DNA of 64,000 bases from Ostrea edulis (lineage: Eukaryota). The stretch lies in contig NC_079173.1 of the NCBI RefSeq assembly GCF_947568905.1, positions 15,190,001 to 15,254,000 on the forward strand, read 5' to 3'. Below, piece by piece: positions 1 through 12,141 of this stretch; the stretch's first letter is position 1; every line of letters begins with the position of its first letter. The notes beneath the pieces were generated by a model. It was not told the DNA's origin. It did no database searches and saw only the letters and a list, made by a program, of their open reading frames with translations. Position numbers and translations under genes: made by a program.

Positions 1-289
1 AATGATTATATAGATCTATCGCGTTCTTAGACAGAGTTGTCTAACGTTTTACAATTAAACTTTATTATCCAGGGTGGGTTTTTTTATTTGTTATTTTACT
101 TCGTAATCTAGAAATGCCTTACTTGTCACCAGTGATAAGAAACAAATTTTGACCTATATATGGAGCTCAAGTCCTCAATAAAGAGAAATTTTCATCGTGC
201 CAGCGTTGACGAGGGACCTCCGTTTTTAAAAGATCATCCAAAAGACCAGCGAATTTTACTTGTAATTGGGAACTCGGCGAAGGATATGT

Positions 290-470
290 GTGTCCGGGTA
301 GCGCATACACTGTAGGTTCTCACTGTTGCGATCCGAGTTCGGTCCCCGTGATCGGCAGTGGTTGTATGTCATAGGGTATGGTGGTCGCCCGCTCGGACAC
401 GTGGGTTTCCTCCGGGTACCCACGTAAATGACACCTTAGCGCAAACATCTGTGCATCAAAGGATCCCACT
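290..470 (+). mobile_element. Degenerate tRNA-derived SINE with V-domain-like motif
   Basis: B-box-like gagttcggtcccc followed by gtgggtttcctccgggtac. Confidence 0.5.
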
Positions 471-2199
471 GGAAATATGTTTTCGAGTTTCCATGGGTTG
501 TCCTTGGTATTTATGTAAGTTTATATGTATGTATATACCGAATAAACATTTTTTTGTTTGTTAAAGAGGTTTGCACTTGACATTTGAAGTAATGTCAATT
601 TTTTAGGAAGTCTATTTTTGATTTCTACATTGAAGGGGAATTAGGAAATTAAAAAGAAAAACTGGGGTCGCAACGCTTGTTATTGAGCTATAGTGTTCTA
701 CACATGACCTTTTTGCACTTAAATTTTATTCAATTAAACTTGATTTTTGTGTTAGTGTCAACACAGCATAAGCAACACAAATCAATCATTACATAAAATA
801 GATACATAATCATGTCCTCTAACACTACAGATGAAAAAAGAAATTAATACTAGTAAAGGAAATAAATAATGACCTATTTGCACTTGACATACGGAAAAAC
901 TTCATGATATCAAAATTGAGAGTTTAAAAGGACATATTAGGAGTAATGCCAATTTCTAAACTTTTACATAATTTTCAAGCTCCGGTCTTCCAATTTAAAA
1001 CGCAACTAAAAAAAAGTGTAGGTTGGAGATCAAATTTTTGAATTATTGGCGAAAATACTGAATTTTTATACAAAATTTTGAGTAAATTAATTAAAACTAT
1101 TTTAAGAATCAGTGTTCTGTTTGGAAAAAATATATCAACCAAGTTAATAAATTACAAAATTTTAACTAGTTCCAAGTCTCAACTACCATAAATTATAAAA
1201 CTGAAATACACGTACATGTATAGGGATATAAAAATGGACGATACAGTGGATGAATTAGAACTTTTTGATTTGTGAATCCTTCCGCCACAAAATATAGTCC
1301 ATGTCAAACACTTTTAAAATTTGAATTGACACAAAAAATTTTCAACTGGATATGGTTCAGCAATAGATGTGTAATATATTTGCACCAATTGGATCAGTAT
1401 TGAACCAGTGAATACTTAGTTGTTGCATCCTGCGCAGTTCTACTCAAAAACTCAGGCGCTAACTTCCTTCAGCGTCTTGTGTTTGACGAGGCGTCAGAAT
1501 CGAAAATAGCGAAAAACATATTTATTTATTTAGTAAAGGATATTTGCTTATACACGGAAAAATTATTTTACCTATACTGCAAAAGTAAAACAAACTTTGG
1601 AGGAATATCCTTTACTAGATGTGTTTAATTTTGTTCCCTAGTTACGTTTGGGTTTGTTTTTTTCGGTATCAGCTTGTAACATTATTCACCATTGCTAGGG
1701 GAGAGTATTTCTTTTACATACAGGTAACCAAAGTGAATAATCATAATGAATAAAATATAAACTTTACTGCCTTAATTATTATTCTACAATATTTACATTC
1801 TTGTAATGATAGTTATTTCCCCCATGAATGTGCTGCAGTTGTAATCGATGCGAGTCTGAATCACGATGAATATACATAGTATTGTAATGTCTATTTTAAC
1901 CGCTGGGAATTCCGACAAGAATGAAAGCAGGATGGAAATATAAAAAAAAAAAAGCTTTCAGTTTTGAAAATACATGAGAGTATGAACTGTGAACTGTGTT
2001 AGTGCTTCATGAAAAGTATACCAGCTTAAAGCATCCTACTTCATACCCTCATGTGAATTAATTAAAGCCGAACTTTGCGATTAGTTGCGTATTACACTGG
2101 CTGTGGTTACAGTCTTCACTCAACAATCCCGTTCATCATTACATCCCAAGTTTGAGGCCTGCTCTGACCTATGAAGACCTGTATTTTGGATTTGTATGC

Positions 2200-2485
2200 A
2201 TGCGTATATGCAGGGTGGAGGGTTGTGAGTTCCAGTTCCGCTTGTGTCAAACCTACGACCTAAAAATGCGATTGCTCCTTCACCAAATTAGTGAGAATCA
2301 CGTGTCTTTCGGATATGGTTGTAAAACACAGTGGTCCCGTGTCGCGGCAGGCTTTGGTACGTTCAAGTACCATCACTGCTACACCCTACAGCGTTTAAGT
2401 ATAGGTCTAAATTTGTGGTACTTCTCTTACTGCTGTTGACGTTTCAATAAGAGTGAAAAATTCTCGACGGGACGTAAAACAAACA
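2200..2485 (+). mobile_element. Degenerate SINE family B copy
   Basis: ggtcccgtgtcgcggcagg...ataggtctaaatttg...gagtgaaaaattctcgacgggacgtaaaac. Confidence 0.6.
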
Positions 2486-3412
2486 TCTTTCGGAATTAAT
2501 AGACATACTATATATATATTTATCAAGATTTTCACGAGCATTACAACTGTAACACGTTCATAAAGAAATGGTTATCATAATTACTTGCGTGTAAACAAAT
2601 CGCGTATGAATTTTGATGAATATCGTTCGCCAATTTTAACGACTGAAAATTCTAACAGAATGAATATAGAATAATGATGTAAATATAACAAATAATAACG
2701 CGTTTCTTTTGAAGTATGCCGGCGGGAAGCGTCGCAGTCCATACCCTCGTGTATTTTTCAAAAATGAAATTTATTTTTAAGAGTGACACTGAGAGTCTAT
2801 TAGACTTCTACTTAGTACGCAGTAACCTAGCTGTTAAGCCGTTTGTTTCATCATCAGATGGTCCCTGTTGCGATTCTTGACGCCAGCGCCGTCTTAAAAA
2901 CCTAAGACGATTTACTTAAGTAGTGAATGTTCCGTCATCAAGCGCGCGGCATGAGAAGAGGAAGTTGCGGTTCTTTCAGATATTAAATCAAAACGGCGGT
3001 TTCATGTTACGGTAGCCATTTTTACAATAGATAAACCGCATAATTACGACATGTATTGTTCAAACAGGCACTTGCAGACGCTGTTCAATTTCAATTTGCA
3101 AAGGAAATTTCCAGTTGCTAAAGGAACATCGGATTATTGTTGAAAATGTACCATGTAGTGTATTACAGGGGATGTTGCTAAAACGCGGAACGGAAAACGA
3201 AACGGAAGACGGAACGGAAAATATTGTATACAATAATGTTATGAGGAGGTCAGGATTTTGCAAAATCAAAGGTTTATCATGAACAAGGGAAGCAGACATT
3301 ACACAGAGAGAGCGGGAAGGCATCTACAGAATCCACCATTTCGTATATTTCATACTAATGCATATGTATTTTAAAATCATTAACTTACCATGAAAAATAT
3401 TAATAAAGAAAA

Positions 3413-4995
3413 AACAAGAGGCCCACAGGCCTTATTGGTCACCTGAATACTAGTGAGAAGATCACTACTTCCATGGGCTATGAAATCTAGAAATAAAATT
3501 CCTGTTCTGAATATCTAAGCTAAATTCTAATGTTCAGCAACAGTATAAACAAGATGTGTTCTTAAAACTTCACTGCCCTCAAAAGTGCATACACTGATGA
3601 AAGATGGGGCCTCCGTGGTCGAGTGGTTAAAGCATCGCACTCAAAATCACATGGCCTCTCACCTCTGGTCGGCGCGGGTTCGAATCCCGCTCGCGCCGGT
3701 AAGTGAGAAAGTTTCCCAGTTTACTTTCGGAAGGTCGGTGGTCTCTTCCCAGGTACATTGTATCTGGGTTCTCTCTTCCACCAACAAAAACTGAGGCGCC
3801 ACTATATAGCTGAAAAATTGTTGAATGTGGCGAAAAACATCAAAACAATCAATCAACCAATCAATGAAAGGCTTTAAATAATAGGTGTATTTACATTAAA
3901 ACATCAAAAGATATGACAAATCCTAAAGTCATAACCCTGGGTTATGAAATTCACCATTTTTTGTACATCCTTTTCTGCTAATCCTAAGTATGCATTTAGA
4001 TTTTATACAGTATCAGCAAACTTACACATACATACTATATACTAAGTTTGGCCCCACCCTGGGGTCAGAACCCTTACGCTGGAGAAAATCAAATTTACAA
4101 TTTTGGTAAAAGACTACCTGCTCTATCCATTTAGCACTATATACCAAGTTTGGCCCCGCCCTGGGGTCAGAACCCCTACCCCGGGGATCATGAAATTACA
4201 ATTTTAGTAGAGGCCTTCCTGTTCTATATCACTATGCATTTAGTTTTTATTACATGTGTGTAGTTCTTGAGAAGATTTTTGAAAATTGGTCAATTTTGCG
4301 CAGTTTTTGCCCCGCCCCTAAGGTCCCAGGGGTGCAGGAATCCTGAAATTTACAATTTATGTTCCCCTTGTTCCAAATAAGTTTGAAAAGAATTGGAATG
4401 ATAGTTATCAAGAAGAAGTTAAAAATATTTATTATTCACACATTTAATAACTAACCATTTTGGCCCCACCCTGATACCAAAACCGCTACCCCTGGGATCA
4501 TCAAATTTACAATTTTGGTAAAGGACTATCTGTTCTTTCTATATATCTATTTAGTTTCAATTCAGTATCAATAGTACTAAAGATGTTACATGTATTTAAG
4601 TGTTTTACACATTAACACTATATACCAAGTTTGGTCCCGCCCTGGGGTCAGAACCCCTACCCCGGGGATCATGAAATTTACAGTTTTAGTAGAGGCCTTC
4701 CTGTTCTGCATCACTATATGCATTTAGTTTTTCTTACATTCGTGTGGTTATTGAGGAGATTTTTAAAATTTGGTCAATTTTGCAGTTTTTGCCCCGCCCC
4801 TAAGGCTACAGGGGTGATGGAGTCCTGTAATTTACAATTTATGTCCCTCTTGTCACAATGATGCCTCATATTAAATTTTAAAAGAATTGGACTGGTAGTT
4901 ATTAAGAAAAAGGTAAAAATGTTCAATTGTTAACGCACGACCGACGACAACAAATTGCAATAGGTCACCTGAGTTTACCCAGGTAACCTAAAAAT
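3413..4995 (+). mobile_element. Helentron-type non-autonomous element (HINE-like) with internal tandem repeats
   Basis: 5' aacaagaggcccacaggcc..ggtcacctgaat and 3' aggtcacctgagt..caggtaacctaaaaa hairpin end; internal repeats of ccccaccctggggtcagaacccctaccccgggg; ~480-bp internal duplication (4140-4400 vs 4620-4880). Confidence 0.75.
3606..3863 (+). mobile_element. tRNA-derived SINE, family A (Meta-domain-like), full length
   Basis: A box gtggtcgagtgg, B box ggttcgaatcc, (caat)n tail, ATGAAAG TSD (3597, 3864). Confidence 0.85.
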
Positions 4996-6125
4996 AAGCA
5001 TACTAAAATAGATTTGAATTTTCAAATTTTATATCCAATAAATAAAAGCCCCCCCCCCCCGAAAACAGCATTGTAAAAGATGGGGGGGGGGGGGTCAACA
5101 ATTTTCCCCAAACATAGTCTTCTTAAATCGAACTTGCTTTTATTCGTAATTTAGTTCTACACCTGGTATAATACATGTATGTATTTATGTATCGCATCAA
5201 ATTTTAAAGTGAACGAGTCCGATGTGTAGAAAAGGTGTGCCTCATCTGGGTTGAATGTATGTGAAAGTTCGTACATTTAGCCTACCGATATCCTGCGGAT
5301 TAGTGTTGAACCCAAAGAGATAAAGCAGGAAAGAAAAATTGAAACAGAACCAATGAAAACTACGGTGAAGTTTACGATCCATAGTATGAGGAATTAACAA
5401 ATATGAAATAGCTAAAAGACTTGCATGTTAGACAATTTGTGCTTGAATGGAATTAAAAGGTCGTCTCATCATTAATCTAAAATTTTAAAGATACAAGTAT
5501 TTAGTTAAGAAATAAACTGCTAGAAGTCCGCCCTATTTAGGATTGGAGTGCTGCGGTCGCCAAATTTCTGTTAGTTAATTTTTTTTTATCAAACTTGCTG
5601 ACTTAATCAGATCATGAATTGTCGTTGAAATATACATACCACACTCCCTCTTGTAACTATACACATACACGGTATTATGTGTAAATACATTTAAATGTGC
5701 GTTAATGACGTTTTGCCATGGAGGGCATATGAAGTGCGTGTGTTCTTTCCACTCTCTACCCATAGGTGTCGCTGCTCGCTGATACATCTGTCAATGCCGA
5801 CATTTCAAAATTCTTGTAAAACGCTTCGTAAATTCTTACACAGACGTTTAACTTCGCTTAATCAATTTATGATGCAAAATTCTAAGACAAAATTGTTTTA
5901 CCGCTTGTAAACAAAATTTCCAAAATTTTGATTTTAATCATAACAAAGTATTGTCTTCCGGTTTTTTTTTGGTATTATCTTAGCTGCATTAATCATTCTA
6001 ATTCTTAAATTCTGTTCCGTTCCGTCGTCTGTTCCGTTTTCCTTTCCGCGTTTTAGCAACACCCTATTACAGATACATGTTAAAATTTTGGCGAATGCAA
6101 AATTTGTCGAATGGAAGAGTTAATG

Positions 6126-6611
6126 ATGTATACTACACCAGAGAAATTTGATATGGATGAAAATTGAAGGATGTGTACATCGAGGATATGAAATTGAAAA
6201 CTTTGAAATATACTTCATTTAGACAAACAATGCAGTTTTAGTAGAAATCAATCTGGGGAAAAAATTTAAACCCCTGCGCCATTATATTATGTGTGTTTTA
6301 TCGAAGTGACTGTGAACGAGTTAATTAACTTTAATCGTGTAGAGGAACGAATTGTCTACTATTGTGTGTGCACGTTGTTGTTTTGCTGTGAACTCTATAG
6401 ATAAAGGTTTTGACTGTTTATTAAGGCATCTGTGTTATAACATATTGGCGCTGCTGGACTCGAACCCGCGATCTACAGTTCAGTAGTTGACGTGCTACTC
6501 AAACAGACAATGATTTTTTTTAAATGAATAGACAAACATTGCTGATATTTATATTTTACTCCATGTTTTAAAGGAAGTCAGCCATTATGACGATGTAGAG
6601 TATCTCCTTAA
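6126..6611. mobile_element. Second copy of the 43787 MITE family, with an internal insertion
   Basis: ctacaccagagaaatttgatatggatgaaa ... gtcagccattatgacgatgtagagtatctccttaa. Confidence 0.7.
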
Positions 6612-7689
6612 AGGTACACCAATAATTTTAAAGATCGTAACTTTAGCATTTTGAGTAATGTTTGTTATTATATTTGAACATAAGAGGATTTAAATATTAA
6701 TGATTATTACATATAATTTTGCGATTTTTTTATCATATTTTTTTTTTTTTTACCTTTTATTGTTTTACGTCCTACTCGTACATCTTTTCACTAAAATTAG
6801 TAGCCCGACAAAAACCTAAAGGAGGAAGTATATACATATCACTCACAATGAAAACAAAACCGAAATGACAGGTCTGCAGCTGGATTCAAGAGCATTATTT
6901 GATGATGCAATCAATATCTACTTACATACTGTTCTCATGGCTACGTAATCCATGAGAGATCCTTACAGACAGTGAATTGTTCTTAAGTTTTTGATGGACG
7001 AGGGGTGTTTAATTTCTCTTATACAGGTGAAGAAAATGTAGGTGCTAAGGGTGATGCAATGCAATGCTAGAGTTTTTAGAACCTAGAGTAAATGACGCTT
7101 GTGTTGCTGCAGGTGAGTTTTGTGAATCTAAAATTCATTTATAACTCTGCAGGTGAATGGCTATTCACTCAAGCGTCAAAACCGATTTTTTGACTGTTTC
7201 CATTCCATTCAAGGCTACGTGGCTTTTATTAGCCTGATTCGGTCCTCATCCCAATCTAATTGAAATTAGATGTTGGATCCGCTTGCATACTCGCTACATG
7301 CGAGTGGATCCAACATCTAATTTTAATTAAATTGTCCCCATCCCTGCTATACGAGCGTAAGGGACAAGACTAGGCTTTTGTAGCATTTTCAATAATCAAG
7401 AGTTTATTTAGATAAACTATATTTTTTTTATTTCTATTAATTATTTGTGTTTATAATGAATGAAGACCGAATATATAACTTGTACGAATTTAATAGCAAC
7501 AGGGTTAGAATTGATTGGCTACTTAACATGGCTACCGGTACGTCAACGAACGAAATCATTTGAAGCTGTGAGTTTTTCGAGTCGTATGGGGTTTAAATGA
7601 ATAATTTTAGGTATTTTAGACACAAATATAGTAGGAAAAGATATTATGAATTGTTTGCTTTTACATTTATGAAACGGCAATACAAGAAT

Positions 7690-8167
7690 ACACCGATGAA
7701 AGGTGAAGATAACGAACAGTGATCAATTTCATAACTCCTATAAGCAATACAAAATAGATAGTTGGGCAAACACTGACCCCTGGACACCCAGAGGTGGGAT
7801 CAGGTTCCTAGGAGGAGTAACCATCCCCTGTCGACCGGTCACACCCGCCGTGAGCCCTATATCCAGATCAGGTAAACAGAGTTATTCGTAGTCAAAATCA
7901 GTGTGACAAGAACGGTGTAACTATCGGTACGAAACACGTCAGACAGCATTTGACCGAATGATAGGCTGCATTGGCAAACTAGATTGTTATAACGACCATA
8001 GAATTTGCTTAATGCTGACTTTAAAATAGACTCCTGCACCATCAACTGGTTTGTCAGTAGCCTGTCTCGATTTAAAAAATGATTATAGGCAGAACAAACT
8101 ATTGCATATCGAATCAGTTGAGAGATATAATCAGCATACTAGTATGCAGATGATAAGGGAATATTGC

Positions 8168-8190
<23 letters not shown>
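7690..8190 (-). mobile_element. Penelope-like retroelement 3' fragment (RT C-terminus plus terminal module)
   Basis: Decayed peptide LKSALSKFYGRYNNLVCQ; terminal module ggtgaagataacgaacagtgatcaat...ggtgggatcagg..ctaggaggagtaa. Confidence 0.65.
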
Positions 8191-8211
<21 letters not shown>

Positions 8212-8228
8212 TATAAGAAGTTTACGCT
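8189..8228. repeat. (TA)n microsatellite
   Basis: Visible. Confidence 0.95.
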
Positions 8229-9062
8229 GATATGAGGCCTCAACCGTGCGCATTTTTTGTGCGTCGTAAATCGAAGATTTTTCTCTCCGATAGCTACAGT
8301 TCTACTGCTATACTAGTCATATAAACTCACACAAGTATTTAGGTGTTACAATTACAAGCAAAGTGTCGTAAAATCTACATGTTTAAGATGTTTCTAAGGC
8401 TTATTATGATGCAAAGAACAAAGTTTAATCTCGATAGAAAACATTGAAAACTATAATAATAATATTTCTTTTTCATTTGTCCGTCTGCAACTAGAAATAT
8501 CCTGATATTATATGGGATAACTTACCAAATAACATGATTGAGAAAATTGAAATTATTGTGGATTAGGAAGCAGGAGAGATGGTTTATGGTGGAAACTGAA
8601 TGGACTCCAAATATTTATTATATTAAGAAGCAAAATGGAAGACACCCGGTAAGCGTCAAGAAAAGCATCGATTAATGAAATTACACAAAAATATTTCATA
8701 AGTCTCTCAGTTAACTAACAAATATTATTCATGAAAGGATGAATAATACAATACTCAGCGAACCAGCTCGCCAAAAGAAACCAAAAACAAAAAAAAAGAA
8801 CACAACTATACTACAACTTTTTTCCGCTAGCACAATACGACTTGGGAATTATTTACCCCAATCAATACAAAACAATTCATCATTTCAATCTTCCAAGACC
8901 GTCCTAGATTCTGACCTCTTCAAGATACCAAACTATTTTTATGTTGGGACAAGGAATGGCCAGGTGCTTTACATTATACTAAGAGTGGAGTGCGGTACTC
9001 TGAACCTATATCTATTTCGCAGAAACTTAAATAACATAAAGTACCAATCATTTCTTGTTAGA

Positions 9063-9297
9063 TTGGTTTTGCCATTTTTCGCCACACTCAACAAATTTTC
9101 AGTTTTCTTGTGGCGCCCAGTTTTTAAGGGTGGGAGAGAGAACCCAGATACAATGTACCTCCGACCTTTCGATAGTAAAGTGGGAAACTTTCTCACTACC
9201 GGTGCGAGCGGGATTCGAACCCGCGCCGACCAGAGGTGAGAGGCCGTGTGACTTTGAGCGCTATGCTTTAACAACTCAGCCACGGAGGTACCCATCA
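9063..9297 (-). mobile_element. SINE family A, full length
   Basis: Reverse-complement match to the 3606 copy; 14-bp TSD catttcttgttaga at 9049 and 9298. Confidence 0.88.
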
Positions 9298-9318
9298 CAT
9301 TTCTTGTTAGAATAGATT

Positions 9319-9555
9319 CGTGGGGATCCGGGTTAGAATAGGTCCCCAGTACCCCTTGATTGTCGTAAGAGACGACTAAATGGGACGGCCCTTCGAATGA
9401 GACCGCAAAAAACGAGGCTCCGTGTCGCTACAGATGTGGCACGATAAAGATCCCTCTCTGCTCAAAGACCGTAAGCGCCGAGCATAGGCCTAAATTTTGC
9501 AACCCTTCACCGGCAATGGCGACTTGTCCATATGAGTGAAAATATACAATCAATC
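9319..9555 (+). mobile_element. SINE family B', non-tRNA head (CGTGGGGATCCGGG...)
   Basis: Shares its 3' half with the 34481 element but has a different 5' module. Confidence 0.8.
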
Positions 9556-11191
9556 TTGTTAGAGTGTAGAAATTACGCTGATGTAATAAATAGAACGATA
9601 TATACATTGAGTTATATATTCTCCCTAGATTTATTACCATACGGTTCACTAGACTTTTTAGAAACCGAGAATGCAAATATATTCCTTATTGTTCAAAGCT
9701 TTATATTGGATAGGAAGCCCTTTTCTAACTAGTACCATAAGTGTTTTTCCAAGGTAAATTGCCTGTATTTGATATTTTCATCTTTTAAAGCAATAACAGC
9801 TGTGCTTTTGGTGTCAGAAATTTTTATTACTACAATGCAGACAAATGTAACATTTATAAACTTTTGTTATCAAAATCTAAAATTTAAAATAATAATCAAA
9901 GGTTTTGAACGAGGCAAATTTACATCACTGCCTTGCCACACAAAAATTAATTTCTATATAATGCTGTATAATATATATTCAATGGAATCGAAATCTTTAT
10001 TTTGCTAAAATCTTTAACTTAGTTTTAATTTCATAAATGATTATGGTTAAAGTTACATGCTAAACTATCATAATAGCACGTTTTTATAATAAAATAAAAT
10101 TTTCAAATTTAGAGCTGATCTATGCAAGGTGAAGATAATGAACAGTGATCAATCTCATAACTCCTACAAGCAATACAAAATAGATAGTTGGGCAGGCAGT
10201 GTAAATATTTACAAAGGAGGTCGTGTGCATATTCTCGATCTGCACATGTATGTATTACGAATAGATGAATGTGTGCTTGTGCGTGAGTGCTAGTATGACC
10301 AAACACCGGGTCCTAAAGCAAGAGCTGTTATGTATAATCCAAACATTCAATTTTTATATTGGGGCTACATTTTTCTGGTCAAACAAATCAGATGTTGACC
10401 TATGAAACCTTCAATAATTAAATATTCTATACCACATTCTATTATCATAATTTTATTAGACCCCTACCGGCGGAGACGAAGGGGACTTTAGATTTGCACT
10501 CCGTCGGTTTGTCTCTCCGTCAGTCTAGCAAATCAGTTTTCCGCATATTTTTTTTTTTTTTTTTTGCTTTCGTAATGCTCACTTTTTCCGTACGTTGCTT
10601 TACCCTGTCATGTTACAGATCAAGTTCAGATTTTGTTTTTTCGTGATGAATTCCTGGAGAATACCAAAATGACGTTTTGAGTCTGGTAAGAGACGCACAT
10701 TGCTGTTTAATACTTATAGAATGTTTGTATTGACAGGATTGAGTTACACAGCTATAATCTATAAATGTATTGAGTTAGCAATATATCGTTCCCCGATAAA
10801 AATGCTGTACTTTCCCCGTATCTGACGTATTTGTTTTTACTTTTAATACAGCGATACTTATTTTCCTGCATACTATAACACGTGTGACACGTACAGTAGG
10901 CAGATTGAAACCACCTCATCATTAAACAAGCTTCATTGGAAATGGAATCTGAAATGCTAGAGATTTTTAAAAATTTAAAAAACAAAAAAAAAAGACAAAC
11001 CAAAAACAAAACCCATTACACACGATATTGTAGTAACAAATCCTATAAATAGGAATACTGTTGGCGCTCTATCTTATGACAATGAAAATGGTCTAGCTGA
11101 TGTGTTGCACTTCATTCCTTGAGGCCAGGATATCGATCCCGACGTTTGAACAGATGTCCTATTCCTGTGTCAGTGCGCAGAGCGGACAGTC

Positions 11192-11227
11192 ATGCACGTA
11201 TTCTGGATCTGGATTTTTCTTGCGCAG
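11192..11227 (+). CDS. GPCR candidate coding exon 1 (MHVFWIWIFLAQ), signal peptide N-half
   Basis: ATG...CAG|GTGAGT with a phase-0 donor. Joined to 33580 it gives MHVFWIWIFLAQISSQCSA, which looks like a signal peptide. Confidence 0.6.
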
Positions 11228-12094
11228 GTGAGTACACCTAATTTGCACAGGTGTGTTATACTTTTTAAACTATTCCCTGAAACATCAAATCACCCCTATA
11301 GGTTTTTATTTATCACACTTTTATAAAAGATAATAGAGGTGATAATATCTAAAATAAATTTACATAAATCTATCATTCTGTCTAATAATTTGTCATAATT
11401 CAATTTTTGAATTTATTGGGAGGGTGTAAATAAAAAATTACAATATGACAACTAGTTGTCATATTGTATTTTTTGTTTTGTATTTACACCCACTGAACAA
11501 ATTCTAAAATTGCGATATGACACATCCATCTATATTTCTCTATTAATTGATTGTGAAAATGGTGAAAGGGTACAAAAAAATCTTTATGGTTTGCATCTTA
11601 ACATTTCCTTGAAAACATTTTGAATATCCTGAATTTTGACGAATATGTTCAATCGAAACATCAAACCGTGGAAAAACAATTTATCACTTTAGTAGGTTAT
11701 ACAAAAAATACAAGGCTAGCAAATATTAATAGCTTTTGAAAAATGGAAACAATGTATCTCTGTTTATAAAATCCGTAAATTGTTTATTTTTGACAGCAGA
11801 ATGTAACTAAAATATCTTATTTACGGACTTGTCTAATACTACAATTCAATTGATATCCTATGTAAATATGATTGACATTTGTCGTGTATTAATTGGATTT
11901 CGTTACAACTGTTTATCACATTTACTCCCTACTCGTATGGAGGTGGTGAAGAATACCTCATCTTATCTTACCAACATTAGCCGTGACATTTAAAGAGACT
12001 TGGCAACAAATCGGAATGGTTAACAATTATGCTTTTTAAAAATAGTATGAATACAACGAAAATCAGTCATATACAGAAAAAAGTATTCCTTTGG

Positions 12095-12141
<47 letters not shown>

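Larger units (their letters stand above)
3167..6065. mobile_element. Non-autonomous TIR DNA element containing nested insertions
   Basis: Inverted termini AGGG(GA)TGTTGCTAAAACGCGGAA.GGAAAACG at 3167 and 6065; ATTAC duplicated on both flanks. Confidence 0.7.

Noticed and set aside
3606-3700. tRNA-like heads at 3606, 9288, 17936, 34483, 36404, 37542, 13660 and 55174
   Set aside because: A/B boxes are present, but they continue into SINE bodies or lack cloverleaf pairing; not functional tRNA genes.
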